A stretch of 64,000 nt of DNA from an uncultured Acidobacteriaceae bacterium (GCA_963804315.1 CAWDQB010000056.1:6052-70051), one strand, 5' to 3'. Counted from the stretch's first letter, positions 1 through 10,379 are shown. Program-made: numbers and translations. Notes: a model not told the origin generated them from the letters alone.

Positions 1-1600
1 TATTCGCCAGTGTTGCCGGAACTAACTCCGTGCCCAAATATTTTCCGAACATTACCTGCGCCCAGTAGCTCGGCGAGCCGTAGCTTGTCAGCGCGTCGTA
101 TCCGATCAAATCGGTCTCCCATTGCATCCCGCCGGGATTCACGTTCACAAGCAGCGGCGCGTAACTGGCCATCACAATCAAATCGCTGTTGCGTTCCATT
201 CCGGTCATCCATGCCGCGTCGCCCAGCGCCCCCTCCAGGTTCGGAGTCGGCTCGCCCTCGCGTGTAGCCCACTCCCCCACAAAGATCTTTGGCCCCTTGC
301 GGTTGGCCTTGTCATAATGACTGGCCGCGGCGAACGACTCTTGCGCCGACATATAAAAGTGCTCATCCAGCAGGTCCGGGATCACCGTCTTGACCGGAGC
401 GGTGGCAATCAACTGCAACTGCGGATAGCGCTGCTTGAATGCGTGGAAGTACTGCGCAAAGCGTCCATCATATGAACCCGAGTGGTCGAACTCATCCTCG
501 TTGCCGATCTCCACATAACGCAGCGCGAAGGGCGCGGCATGGCCGTTCTTGATGCGTTCGGCGCCCCACTTGGTCTCCGGTCCGCCAGTCACGTACTCAA
601 TCTCATCCAGCGCATCGTCGATATATGCCTGAAGCGCTGGACCCGGCTCAATATGCTCCTGGTCCATCGAGTAGCCGGCATAGACAGCCAGCACCGGTTC
701 GATCTTCAAATCCTCGCACCACTCCAGGAACTCCAGTAATCCCATCCCGTCCGACGAGCGGTAACGCCATGGACTGGGATGCGTCGGCCGGTCCACCCAC
801 GGCCCGATCGTCGTCTTCCATTGGAAGCGCTCCCGTGTATGGTCGCCCTCCAGGTAGTTGCCGCCCGGCAAGCGCAGGAACTTGGGATGCATGGCCGCCA
901 GCTTTTCCATCAGGTCGATGCGATTGCCAAAAGGCCGGTCATGATAGGTGGGCGGAAAGAGTGAAACCAGTTCAAGCCAAAGAGTCGCAGGACGGGGAAT
1001 CGTCAGGATCAAATGATTGTTCGCGCTCGGCGCAAGCTCGCCGGTCTTCAGCGTAAAGTGGTACTGCTTCCACTCGCCAGTCACCCCGGCCACCGTCGCC
1101 GTAGCCGCTGTCACGCCCGTCTCATCGTTCACCAGGCTCACCGTCACAGGTATTCCAGCGCTATCCGTCTTGGCATAGAACGAACCGACGTAGGTGGAGT
1201 TCGGACGCACCGCCATCCCCCAGTAGCCTTCGTTCTGGACTCCGGCGGGAGCTGCCGCCGTGGCCGCCGTCACGTTGACTTTGATGCTGCGCGGCAGAGC
1301 CACGCTGGGTCCAGTCGTCTCATCTTCCGTGACTATAACCGAAGAGTTTCCTCGAGCGACCATCGTCCAATGGATCATCGATCCCCAACCTGAGCCGATC
1401 GCGCGGTCGCGCACCATCTCCGGGTAGAGTCCGCCGTCATAAGAGAAGTTGATCTCCTCGGTCATCAGCCCATAAAATGACGGGCTGACCTGCGCGGTTG
1501 GATGATCCACTTGTACTGCAAGAGAGGGTGCCTGGGCATTCAGGCTGAGTGAGAGCAAGGAAAAGGCAAGCAATAGGAGCGCGAGAATTCGGATTTTCAT
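1..1600 (-). CDS. Alpha-L-arabinofuranosidase, GH51 (secreted; 3' end runs off the window)
   Basis: Manual translation from ATG at 1600: signal peptide MKIRILALLLLAFSLLSLSLNAQ, then YGLMTEEINFSYDGGLYPEMVRDR, FLRLPGGNYLEG and RYVEIGNED, typical of GH51. Missing from the ORF track because no stop lies in the window. Confidence 0.9.
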   Translation of the reverse strand, partial: MKIRILALLLLAFSLLSLSLNAQAPSLAVQVDHPTAQVSPSFYGLMTEEINFSYDGGLYPEMVRDRAIGSGWGSMIHWTMVARGNSSVIVTEDETTGPSVALPRSIKVNVTAATAAAPAGVQNEGYWGMAVRPNSTYVGSFYAKTDSAGIPVTVSLVNDETGVTAATATVAGVTGEWKQYHFTLKTGELAPSANNHLILTIPRPATLWLELVSLFPPTYHDRPFGNRIDLMEKLAAMHPKFLRLPGGNYLEGDHTRERFQWKTTIGPWVDRPTHPSPWRYRSSDGMGLLEFLEWCEDLKIEPVLAVYAGYSMDQEHIEPGPALQAYIDDALDEIEYVTGGPETKWGAERIKNGHAAPFALRYVEIGNEDEFDHSGSYDGRFAQYFHAFKQRYPQLQLIATAPVKTVIPDLLDEHFYMSAQESFAAASHYDKANRKGPKIFVGEWATREGEPTPNLEGALGDAAWMTGMERNSDLIVMASYAPLLVNVNPGGMQWETDLIGYDALTSYGSPSYWAQVMFGKYLGTELVPATLAN

Positions 1601-1655
1601 ACGCTCTAGAGAGTATCGGAAAACGCTTTCTGTGACAAGTACGCACCCGTGTGAA

Positions 1656-2564
1656 TCAATCTTCAATCTCCGCGCATGTAGTATCCGGCAGCTTTGGCAT
1701 AGCTCCAGAGTGCGAGGCAACCCATGCTCCCCAGCGGTTGCCAGCCTCGCTCACAGCAGCCAGAGAAGCGCCGCGCAGTAGTGAATGAGTCATCGCCGCG
1801 GTAAACGCGTCTCCCGCACCGATGGTGTCGGCTACCTTAATTCGGATGCCGGGATGCTCGTGAATCTCGTGGCGCGTAACCAGCAGGCTGCCTTGACCGC
1901 CCCGTGTCACGGCAACCAGTTCCAACGCAGGAAACTCCCGGAGCAATCGCTCCGCTCCCATCCTCAACTGTTTCGGCACGTCCTCAAGCGGCAGTCCCAG
2001 CAACGCCAGAATCTGAGGAAGCTCAGCATCGTTCATCTTCAGCACTGTAGCCAGCTCCAGCGACTGCTGAATCACTTCAGAGCAGTAGAACGGCGCTCGC
2101 AGGTTCACATCGAAGACCCGTAGGCAGCGCGATGAACTCTGCGCAACAAGGCTCTGGATCGTCTTTCGTGAAACCGGAGAGCGCTGCGCCAGCGAACCAA
2201 AGCAGAGCGCATCGGCACTCGCGGCTAGTTTCAACCAAGAATCGGTAAGCTCTAGAAAATCCCAAGCTGCTGGCTGATGAATCGTGTAGCGCGGCTCGCC
2301 GGCTTCAAAAGCTACCGTCACCCGCCCCGTCTCGCGCGCCTCGTCCAACTGAAAAAACTTGGCGTCCGCGGGAAGCGACTTCAACTTCTCAACAGCTTTC
2401 TTGCCCAATTCATCCCGTCCAACGCGGCTCAACAGAACAGCGCGGTCGCCTAGTTGCGCAGCCATGACCACGAAGTTGGCGGGGGCGCCCCCCAGTCTAG
2501 GACCCTCCGGCAGCAGATCCCACAACACCTCGCCGATCCCAAGAATCAGATGCTTCTCAGCCAT
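1656..2564 (-). CDS. PfkB-family carbohydrate kinase (fructokinase-like)
   Basis: GIGEVLWD, GGAPANF, FDVNLR and DTIGAGDAF PfkB signature; start placed at MAEKHL. Confidence 0.9.
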   Translation of the reverse strand: MAEKHLILGIGEVLWDLLPEGPRLGGAPANFVVMAAQLGDRAVLLSRVGRDELGKKAVEKLKSLPADAKFFQLDEARETGRVTVAFEAGEPRYTIHQPAAWDFLELTDSWLKLAASADALCFGSLAQRSPVSRKTIQSLVAQSSSRCLRVFDVNLRAPFYCSEVIQQSLELATVLKMNDAELPQILALLGLPLEDVPKQLRMGAERLLREFPALELVAVTRGGQGSLLVTRHEIHEHPGIRIKVADTIGAGDAFTAAMTHSLLRGASLAAVSEAGNRWGAWVASHSGAMPKLPDTTCAEIED

Positions 2565-2599
2565 AGCTTCACTCCGTTCGCTGACCCCTGAACCCTGTC

Positions 2600-3406
2600 T
2601 TACCCCACCCAGCGCCACATCGAACAGTCTTCGTAATTGGCCGACGTATACTCGCCGTCCGGCTGGTTGGCCAAAATGCGATGGTCGGCAATCGCATCTG
2701 CTTTGGAACGTGGAACTTTGCCCAAATATAGTCTTGTAAATCCGGCCTGCCGCTCCAGAATATGCTCCTGTTCATGATTCACATAAATCAGGTCCAGCTC
2801 TTGTAAAGCCGGGTGCACCACCCTCGCGACGTGTTTATCTTTGTCGCTAGGGTGGGAATCCAAGATCTCTCGCCGCGTGGCCAGCACTTTGCTCCAACTC
2901 TTCAGCAGCCGCCGCATTACCGTCGCTCCAAAGGGGTTGAAAAGAAAGGCAAGGCAACGCCCTGCCGGTAGTGGATACTCGACCGCGTCACCGCAAACAA
3001 GACGAACTGGTGCCTGAACCCGTCCCAAGCTCCGCCAAACCGTGAGGTTTTTCCGCGCAATCCCACTCAGTGTAGGATTCAGTTCCACGCCCACCGCCCG
3101 GCGAAAGGGCATCTCCGCCGCCAGCAGCAAGGCCCTTCCCATCCCCGCGCCCACATCAATGAAGCTGACTTCCTCGATCGCCAACCCCGGTAGGCTCCTC
3201 TGCCATCGCTTGATCAGCGCCCTGAAGACCGAGGGCGCAACGCCGTAGTAGGCCGTCGCATGGCGATCATGCCGGTGACCGCTCTTCAAATCACGCCCGG
3301 CAACCAGCCCGCTGGTTCGCACGCCAAACTCCAAGTCAAAGGGATGCCGCATGAACCCTTCTGAAACCTTGAGTCCCGGCAGCAGTCGCCGTCTTTCATC
3401 CGTCAT
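2600..3406 (-). CDS. Class I SAM-dependent methyltransferase with an in-frame palindromic insertion
   Basis: FIDVGAGMGR SAM motif, GVELNP, GDA, FLFNPF; start placed at MTDERRR. Confidence 0.8.
   Translation of the reverse strand: MTDERRRLLPGLKVSEGFMRHPFDLEFGVRTSGLVAGRDLKSGHRHDRHATAYYGVAPSVFRALIKRWQRSLPGLAIEEVSFIDVGAGMGRALLLAAEMPFRRAVGVELNPTLSGIARKNLTVWRSLGRVQAPVRLVCGDAVEYPLPAGRCLAFLFNPFGATVMRRLLKSWSKVLATRREILDSHPSDKDKHVARVVHPALQELDLIYVNHEQEHILERQAGFTRLYLGKVPRSKADAIADHRILANQPDGEYTSANYEDCSMWRWVG
2808..2860. repeat. REP-like palindromic element inside the methyltransferase CDS
   Basis: GCCGGGTGCA, then a 13-bp stem CCACCCTCGCGAC (2818-2830) / GTCGCTAGGGTGG (2843-2855, 1 mismatch), then GAATC; same layout as intergenic copies at 46087 and 50165. 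Confidence 0.75.
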
Positions 3407-3497
3407 TGCAATCAAGCCAGAAATCTCCATCCTGCTCTGCATACACAAGAACCTCCCGCAAAGGGAGGCTCTTGTGTGTTGTTTGCCAATATCTGGT

Positions 3498-3959
3498 TTA
3501 GCGCGGACGAAGCGACTTGATAGCTGCCGGCAAACGCTCTTCAATCAGCCGCGCACGCTCGACGGCAATCCCACTTAGATAGGTAGGAGCGGGCGTGGTG
3601 GTAAGCACCAGCGCCAGCGCGATGACCGAGAAGCACAGCCCCGCAATCCCAGCAGACAGGAGCATATGATAGGCGTCATAAATATCCAGCCCAAAGACAT
3701 TAAAGGCCACGTGCTCCAGCGGCTTGATGTGCTTGAGAACCGCCAATGCAAAGAGGAAGAAAAAGATCGCAGTCGAAGTAAGAACGGTCAGCGCCACATC
3801 CAAACTGCGATGGAACTTCTGCCTTGCACTGCAATGAGTGCATTCGGCGAAATGCTGCTCGTAGTCCTTGCGCATCTCGGGTGTTATCCCCGAAATGTCA
3901 TAACGCCAGCTTGCCAAGATGGCGCCAGCGACTCTATCGATGCATCGCGTTTTTGCCAT
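3498..3959 (-). CDS. Membrane protein with zf-HC2-like zinc finger (HxxxCxxC) and two TM helices
   Basis: HFAECTHC motif followed by two hydrophobic segments. Confidence 0.65.
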   Translation of the reverse strand: MAKTRCIDRVAGAILASWRYDISGITPEMRKDYEQHFAECTHCSARQKFHRSLDVALTVLTSTAIFFFLFALAVLKHIKPLEHVAFNVFGLDIYDAYHMLLSAGIAGLCFSVIALALVLTTTPAPTYLSGIAVERARLIEERLPAAIKSLRPR

Positions 3960-4084
3960 ACGGTAACGACTCACCTTGCAAAGGAAATGTTCAGCCGCCT
4001 GAGCGAATCCGCCCAAGCACTTTCCTGGCCAACTTAACCTGGTACAGAGTGATGCCAGTCTCTAAACATTGTAATCGACTGAAC

Positions 4085-5107
4085 TTAAAAAGCAATAGGA
4101 AAAAGTGGTTCGTGCTGTGCGGCCAGCAACAGGCGGTTGGCCATCAGGCTTAGCCTGCCACGCAACGCGCGTTCAGCCGAAACCCTCGCTAGCTCTGGAA
4201 GATTATTGCTTTCAGAGAGATGCGCTAGAATCACGTAGGCCGCCTGACCGTCGTAATCGTTCTCCAGGAATCCCGCCGCCGCCTCGTTCGATAAGTGTCC
4301 TACGCGCGAAAGCACCCGCTGTTTCACCGACCACGGGTACGGCCCATCCTTGAGCATCTCCAGATCGTGATTGGATTCGAGCAGCAGCAGGTCCAAATCC
4401 CTGAGTTGCGCCTTCACATTGGGAGAAATGTAGCCGAGGTCGGTGGCGTAGCCCATACGCACACCTTCGCACTGAAAGACAAAACCCACCGGATCTGCGG
4501 CATCATGCGGCGTGGTAAAAGGACTTACCGCTAAATCGCCAATCTCGAACGGCTCTCCAGCCTTGAAGTATTCCACTGCCGGCAGCCAGGTGGGATCCTT
4601 TGCCTTTACCGGCTCGGCCTCTTCCTCGCTATTAACCTGCGTGAGCATCCTCTCCACATTCTTGCTATCATCCTGAGCGAGCGCAGCGAGTCCAAGCACC
4701 TGCGTTTCGTTCACCGGATCGCTCTCGTCCGCTTCCCCCTCGTCCACCGCCGCCAGCACCTCCGCTTGGCGCTCGGCGGCCTGACGGCGCGCCTGCTCCA
4801 TCCACTGAGCGTAGCTCATCTGCTTGCGCGGTGCGAGCCAACGCATCCAGGCGCGATGCGTCCCTTCGGTAAAGTACACCGGAATGCCCAACTTGCGCGC
4901 CATCACAGCCACCCCGCCCACATGGTCGGAGTGCTCATGGGTGATGAGAATTGCGTCCAGCCTCTCCGGTTCCTCGTTGGCCAGCCGCATCCGCCGGAAA
5001 AGCTCTCGGCAGCTCAGCCCGCAATCGACCAGAATGCGCGTCCGCCCGCCGCAAAGGACCGTCGCATTCCCCTTCGAACCCGACGCCAGCACCGTGAATC
5101 GCACCAT
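4085..5107 (-). CDS. MBL-fold metallo-hydrolase (YycJ/WalJ-like)
   Basis: LASGSKGN, THEHSDH, HDAADP, ESNHD, GHLSN and HLSESNN motifs. Confidence 0.9.
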   Translation of the reverse strand: MVRFTVLASGSKGNATVLCGGRTRILVDCGLSCRELFRRMRLANEEPERLDAILITHEHSDHVGGVAVMARKLGIPVYFTEGTHRAWMRWLAPRKQMSYAQWMEQARRQAAERQAEVLAAVDEGEADESDPVNETQVLGLAALAQDDSKNVERMLTQVNSEEEAEPVKAKDPTWLPAVEYFKAGEPFEIGDLAVSPFTTPHDAADPVGFVFQCEGVRMGYATDLGYISPNVKAQLRDLDLLLLESNHDLEMLKDGPYPWSVKQRVLSRVGHLSNEAAAGFLENDYDGQAAYVILAHLSESNNLPELARVSAERALRGRLSLMANRLLLAAQHEPLFPIAF

Positions 5108-5288
5108 CCTTTGAGGATAACGCTTGCAGCCAGCCTTGGATTGCCTGTTTTTTGCCTGCTTCTTCTCCGCCTGAACTTGTCTGCAACTGTCTTCTCAAGC
5201 CTTGACAGATCGGGGTATGGATGGAATCATCAATTCGATTCCACCCGCAAAATTTGAAGTCGAATAATCGTCGATAATCGGAGAGATC

Positions 5289-5906
5289 ATGGGCCTATTA
5301 GTAAGCAAGAACGGACCTGCATTCATCATCAGCAGCTTGATCGGATTTGTGGTTGCTAGATATCTATTTGAGGGCGCGTGGGCAGCCTATGCATACATTC
5401 TTATCTCGTATCACCTCTTTCTCGTCTGGCTTGTGATTACAGCAGAACACGAAACGGGCTTCTCGTTGCCCATCTTATCAACGATTGCAACCCATTTAGC
5501 CTGTCTGACTATTGTGATTGGCATAACAGTCGGACGACACTATATTCCATTCTTCGGCTTGATTCGTTACTGCATCCCCGCTATGGCGCCCTTTGAACGA
5601 GACTGGGTATTCAAAGGGAGTACAAAGAAAAGCAAGAGTGAAGAAAAGAAGAAACCGGTAAAGCCTGCAAAGCCAACTGCGTCGATCAATCTGGTATCCG
5701 TCGATACCGCACTCTCCGAAGCCACATTGGAAGATAATGACGCATGGCTCCGCCATCTTTCGCAGCCCAACCGGCCTCATAAGATCGCCGGCTTGTCCGT
5801 CAAGGAAGAGTACGAGCAGTGGCTTGTCGCTCGTGTCAGTGCAAGGCAGTCCTCCCCGCCGCTTGATAACCCAGCCCAAGAAACCCCTGAAAAGGACCTG
5901 TCTTGA
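5289..5906 (+). CDS. Hypothetical membrane protein
   Basis: 205-aa ORF with 3-4 N-terminal hydrophobic helices, a charged C-terminus and a GAGAG RBS-like sequence upstream. Confidence 0.6.
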   Translation: MGLLVSKNGPAFIISSLIGFVVARYLFEGAWAAYAYILISYHLFLVWLVITAEHETGFSLPILSTIATHLACLTIVIGITVGRHYIPFFGLIRYCIPAMAPFERDWVFKGSTKKSKSEEKKKPVKPAKPTASINLVSVDTALSEATLEDNDAWLRHLSQPNRPHKIAGLSVKEEYEQWLVARVSARQSSPPLDNPAQETPEKDLS

Positions 5907-6182
5907 AGGAAAGATTTAATTCTTTCCCCATCAGACAAAATCCGGAAAACGGCTGTTGAAGTGTGGACAGAATGGTCAACTCATTCAAATAAAAAGGATT
6001 AAAGGATGAGGAATACTCCCGCTGACCGGCTGAAGATACGCAATCATAGAAGCCAATCCTGGTCTATCCGGTAATTTGACAGAGCTGGCCTGCCGGTAAT
6101 AGGTTTCACTGATGTGCCTCTGCGCTGATACACTCTCGTAAGGAATCGGTCAAGGAATCCCCGCCTGCCGGTTCGACATAAA

Positions 6183-7985
6183 ATGACAGAGAAAACACCC
6201 CTTTCCACTATCAACGATCTCTTTTGCCGCGTAGCCGCCGCCGACTCCCCCCGCTCCATCCTCTGGCAGGACGAGTTCGGCCTCTGGCAGCCAATCTCCT
6301 CTGACCAGATCTACCAGCGCGTGCGCGCTCTCGGCCGGGCCTTTCTCGCCTGGGGCACGCAGAAGGGGGACCGCATTGCCCTGATCGCCGAAAACCGCTG
6401 GGAGTGGGCCATCACCGACTTTGCCGCTCTGGCCGTCGGCGCCGTCAATGTGCCGATTTACCCTACGCTTACCGGCGAACAGATTGCCGCTCTACTTGAC
6501 GATGCTGGTTGCCGCATCGCCGTCGTCTCTACCCGCCAGCAGTTCGACAAGCTGAACGCAGTGCGTGAGAAGACCAAGCTGGAGCACATCTTGATGATGG
6601 ACCCAGCCGTGCCAGAAGGAGCTGTCGCCTTCAGTGCAGTGCTTGCCGAAGCCGATGCCCGCGGCGCAGAACGCGATCCGCTCTTCGATGCGCTCGTCCG
6701 CTCGGTCGAACCCAAGGACGCGGCCACTCTCATCTACACCTCCGGAACCACTGGTGAACCCAAAGGCGTCGTACTGACCCACGGCAACATCGCGGCGAAT
6801 CAGCGGATCGCCGCCCTTGATTTCAGCTTCACGCCCGACGACGCGCTGATCTCCTTCCTGCCGCTCTCGCACGTCACTGCGCGCGCACTCGACTATGTCA
6901 TGTTCACAAACGGTGTGCAGGTGGCGTACTGCTCTAAATTCGACAAGCTGCCCCAGGCTATGCACGAGATTCGACCCACCGTCTTTGTGGGAGTGCCCCG
7001 CGTCTTTGAGAAGATCCGAGAAGAAGTCATCCGCCGCACCTCGCAATCACCCGTGAAGAAGCGCCTGCTTGCCTGGGCGCTTGACGTCGGAGCGGCCCAT
7101 CGCGAAACGGTCTACAAGGGGCGCCAGCCCTCTTCGCCCGTCTGGAAGTTGGCCAGCAAGCTGGTCTACTCCAAGGTACGCGAGGCCTTCGGCGGGCGCG
7201 TCAGGATCTTTGTCTCCGGCGGCGCGCCACTGGGCGTGGATACCATCAACTGGTTTGCCTCGGTCGGCATCGCTCTTTGGGAGGGCTACGGACTCACCGA
7301 GACCTCGCCGCTGGTTGCCCTCAATACCCCCCTCAACCAGCGCATTGGTGCTGCTGGCAGGCCCATGGCAAATCTCGACCTCAAGCTGGCCAAAGACGGA
7401 GAGCTGCTGGTGCGCGGTCCTTCCGTCTTCTCCGGTTACTGGAAAAAGCCGGAGGCCACCGCCGAGTGCTTCGATGCAGATGGATTCTTCCGCACCGGCG
7501 ACATCGCCCACTTCGATGCGGACGGCTTTCTTTTCATCACGGACCGCAAAAAGGAATTGTTGAAGACCTCCGGCGGCAAGCTGGTCGCTCCACAGCCGAT
7601 TGAAAACAAGCTCAAAAACAATCCCCTGGTCGCACAGGCTGCATTAGTTGGCGACAAACACAAATTTATCTCCGTGCTGCTTGCCCCCAACTTCGCTGCG
7701 CTGGAAGAGTGGGCACGCCAGCACTCAGTCGCCTACCGCAGTCGCGCCGAACTGGTAGCCGACAGCCGCGTACTGGCTCTCTACGCCGAAATTGTGCGCG
7801 AGGTCAATGCAGGCTTGGCCAACTTTGAAAGCCTCAAGCGCTTCCGCATTGTTCCGGATGAGTGGACCCAAGACACCGGTGAACTGACGCCCTCCATGAA
7901 GCTGAAGCGCCGCATTCTTACTCAGCGCTATGCCGCCCAGATCGCTTCACTTTACGAGGACGAAGCAACCGCGCGCGGCGAATAG
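6183..7985 (+). CDS. Long-chain fatty acid-CoA ligase (AMP-dependent synthetase)
   Basis: IYTSGTTGEPKGV, EGYGLTET, FRTGDI, ITDRKK and ELTPSMKLKR motifs. Confidence 0.93.
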   Translation: MTEKTPLSTINDLFCRVAAADSPRSILWQDEFGLWQPISSDQIYQRVRALGRAFLAWGTQKGDRIALIAENRWEWAITDFAALAVGAVNVPIYPTLTGEQIAALLDDAGCRIAVVSTRQQFDKLNAVREKTKLEHILMMDPAVPEGAVAFSAVLAEADARGAERDPLFDALVRSVEPKDAATLIYTSGTTGEPKGVVLTHGNIAANQRIAALDFSFTPDDALISFLPLSHVTARALDYVMFTNGVQVAYCSKFDKLPQAMHEIRPTVFVGVPRVFEKIREEVIRRTSQSPVKKRLLAWALDVGAAHRETVYKGRQPSSPVWKLASKLVYSKVREAFGGRVRIFVSGGAPLGVDTINWFASVGIALWEGYGLTETSPLVALNTPLNQRIGAAGRPMANLDLKLAKDGELLVRGPSVFSGYWKKPEATAECFDADGFFRTGDIAHFDADGFLFITDRKKELLKTSGGKLVAPQPIENKLKNNPLVAQAALVGDKHKFISVLLAPNFAALEEWARQHSVAYRSRAELVADSRVLALYAEIVREVNAGLANFESLKRFRIVPDEWTQDTGELTPSMKLKRRILTQRYAAQIASLYEDEATARGE

Positions 7986-8583
7986 GATAGCTAAGGCCCC
8001 GGCCCAGTTCCTTGCCAAAGGCTGCGCGCTTGCCCCAGATGCGGCCCAGGCTACTGAAGAACGGCGCGCCCCACGCACCTACCGCCAACAGACTGCCAAA
8101 GAGGATCACCGCGTCGATCGACAACCGCCCGTCGCGCGACCAATAGGTGTCCGGCTCCAACTCTAGCCAGATGGAAAACTCGTCCAGGGTCAGCGCCGCG
8201 CCCACGCCATAACTGATCGACATCAACCGGCTCATGAAGATCGACAGCGGCGTATGCGCCCGACCCAGATCCAGCAGCCAGCCATAGCCCACCAGTAACA
8301 GAATCAGAATTCCCCACACCAGATGATGAATATGCCGCCCATGCACCACCACCCATTGAAACGGCCCCTCGTCACTCTCATGCACAATCAAGCGCACCAA
8401 AAGCCGAACACCGGCAAAGGTCACCAGAAAGGCCACCGAGGCCAGAAACATGCGCCATCGCGGCCGGTCGGGGATCGTAGCGCGCACCACGTAACCCAGC
8501 CGCGTCAACTGTAGCAGTACCAGCAAAACCGCAACAACCAGGCTGGCAAAGGCCAGCAGTATCAGTGCTCCTGTACCAGGCAT
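7918..8583 (-). CDS. Hypothetical integral membrane protein
   Basis: Multiple TM helices; HIHHLVWGILILL and GAALTLDEF motifs; convergent overlap with the CoA ligase. Confidence 0.7.
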   Translation of the reverse strand: MPGTGALILLAFASLVVAVLLVLLQLTRLGYVVRATIPDRPRWRMFLASVAFLVTFAGVRLLVRLIVHESDEGPFQWVVVHGRHIHHLVWGILILLLVGYGWLLDLGRAHTPLSIFMSRLMSISYGVGAALTLDEFSIWLELEPDTYWSRDGRLSIDAVILFGSLLAVGAWGAPFFSSLGRIWGKRAAFGKELGRGLSYPIRRARLLRPRKVKRSGRHSAE

Positions 8584-8708
8584 ATTCCGTATTCAAGCAC
8601 TTCCTGTTGCATTCTTGACAATCAGAACTGATCGGGCAATCGGAGCCTCTTGCATTCCGTTTTAGAGATTACAAGCAAGAATTCTCGCAAGAAGCCGGGG
8701 TGCCGTCT

Positions 8709-9530
8709 TTACAAGGCGCTTTCCACCAAAGGCAGCGCGTCCGGCGCAAGCTTGGCTCGTTTGGCGGTCCAGGCAAGCAGCAGCAGGCCCGCGATGACCG
8801 ATCCTACGCTGGCCAGTTGGGCGTTTGACAGGCCCCAGAGGACTCTGGGGTTGCGGCGAAGAAATTCGACCAGAAAGCGCGCCGCACCTGTGAGCAGTAG
8901 ATACCGGCCGACAATCGCACCAACTGCTTGCGGCTTGCCGGCGCGCCACCACAGCCAGGAGCCGATCAACAGTCCCGCAGTCAATTCATAAAGCGGGGTG
9001 GGATAGACGGGAACAAAGACCGGCTCGATTCCATTGGGAAAAGCCATGCCCCAAGGCTTGAACGTAAATGAAAAGAAATGAACCGGCTTGATCTCGATGC
9101 CGTAGCAACCATCGCCAGAGAGGAAGCAGCCGATGCGGCCAATGCCGTAGCCGATGGCAGCAGCCGGAGCGGCCAGGTCCAGTGTACGCAAAGCACCGAT
9201 CTTGGCTCTCCAGCCTTGAATCAGCAGCGCGGAGATTCCGAAGACCAGTCCGCCAAACCAGGCAAAGCCCGCCGAATCCCATAAAATCGCCCAGCCAAGA
9301 TAATGAAATTCGCCTGGGGAATCCAATACGTGCCACAACTTGGCGCCGGCAATGCCAGCCACCAGCGTGATGGCCACAATGCTGATGGCGTCGGCGCCCT
9401 GCCCATTGACGGTGACGCGAGCACGGCGGAAGCTGCGGTCCATGACCACGGCTGCAACCATGGAGGCAACCCATGCCATCAGCCCGAAGGTCTTTATATT
9501 CAGAAACCAAATGTGGAGAAAAGGAATCAT
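8709..9530 (-). CDS. lgt: Prolipoprotein diacylglyceryl transferase
   Basis: GAKL, AIGYGIGRIGCF, YPTPLYE and ARFLVEFLR motifs. Confidence 0.9.
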   Translation of the reverse strand: MIPFLHIWFLNIKTFGLMAWVASMVAAVVMDRSFRRARVTVNGQGADAISIVAITLVAGIAGAKLWHVLDSPGEFHYLGWAILWDSAGFAWFGGLVFGISALLIQGWRAKIGALRTLDLAAPAAAIGYGIGRIGCFLSGDGCYGIEIKPVHFFSFTFKPWGMAFPNGIEPVFVPVYPTPLYELTAGLLIGSWLWWRAGKPQAVGAIVGRYLLLTGAARFLVEFLRRNPRVLWGLSNAQLASVGSVIAGLLLLAWTAKRAKLAPDALPLVESAL

Positions 9531-9655
9531 CGCTTCTCAAGTATAGACGCGCGAGCAGCCGCTTGAGTGCCAGCAGTCCACGACGTTGAAACCCTTATCG
9601 AATTTTCATCCTGCGCGCTTGCCTTTATCCCCCCGATTCAGGCGATACTACTAAT

Positions 9656-10201
9656 ATGTCCGTCATCCTTCAGCAAGGTCTTGAAGTTCTTTATACCCGT
9701 CAGCAGATTGCCCAGCGCGTTGCCGAGCTTGGTGAGCAGATTACCCGTGACTTGAACGGTGAAAAAGTTGTGCTGATCGGCGTACTCAAGGGAGCAGCGC
9801 CGTTTCTCTCCGATCTGGCAAGGGCGCTCAACGTGGATGCAACCTTTGACTTCGTGGCCGTTTCCAGTTACGGCAATGGCCATCGCTCGTCAGGCGCTGT
9901 CAAATTGATCAAGGATTTGGACGACCCCATCGAGGGCAAGAATGTGCTGGTCGTCGAGGATATTCTAGATACCGGCTTGACACTCAGCTATTTGCGCAAC
10001 TTTTTTCTGCGCCAGAACCCCAAGTCGCTGCGCATTGCCACCCTGCTCGACAAGCCATCGCGGCGGCTGGAGAAAATCGAAGCAGACTATGTGGGTTTCT
10101 CGATTCCCAACCTCTTCGTCATCGGATACGGTATGGATTATGCGGAGCGTTACAGAAATCTGCCTGACATCTGTTTAATGACCTCGGAGCACCCAGAGTA
10201 A
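9656..10201 (+). CDS. hpt: Hypoxanthine phosphoribosyltransferase
   Basis: GVLKGA, VLVVEDILDTGLTL, LLDKPSRR and FVIGYGMDY motifs. Confidence 0.96.
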   Translation: MSVILQQGLEVLYTRQQIAQRVAELGEQITRDLNGEKVVLIGVLKGAAPFLSDLARALNVDATFDFVAVSSYGNGHRSSGAVKLIKDLDDPIEGKNVLVVEDILDTGLTLSYLRNFFLRQNPKSLRIATLLDKPSRRLEKIEADYVGFSIPNLFVIGYGMDYAERYRNLPDICLMTSEHPE

Positions 10202-10379
10202 GAGGCGCGCCCGTTCCCTTGGAAGCGATTTGTCCATTTCTGACAGAAAACGCAGCTAGTTAACCAAAATCTCACTTTTCATTAGGGCCGCACTACTTGA
10301 GGAACTATACTCACTTGCGGCGAGAGATCCGGCAAACCGCCGATTGAAAAAGGTGCAGGACCGGTAGGAGTTCGACTGA

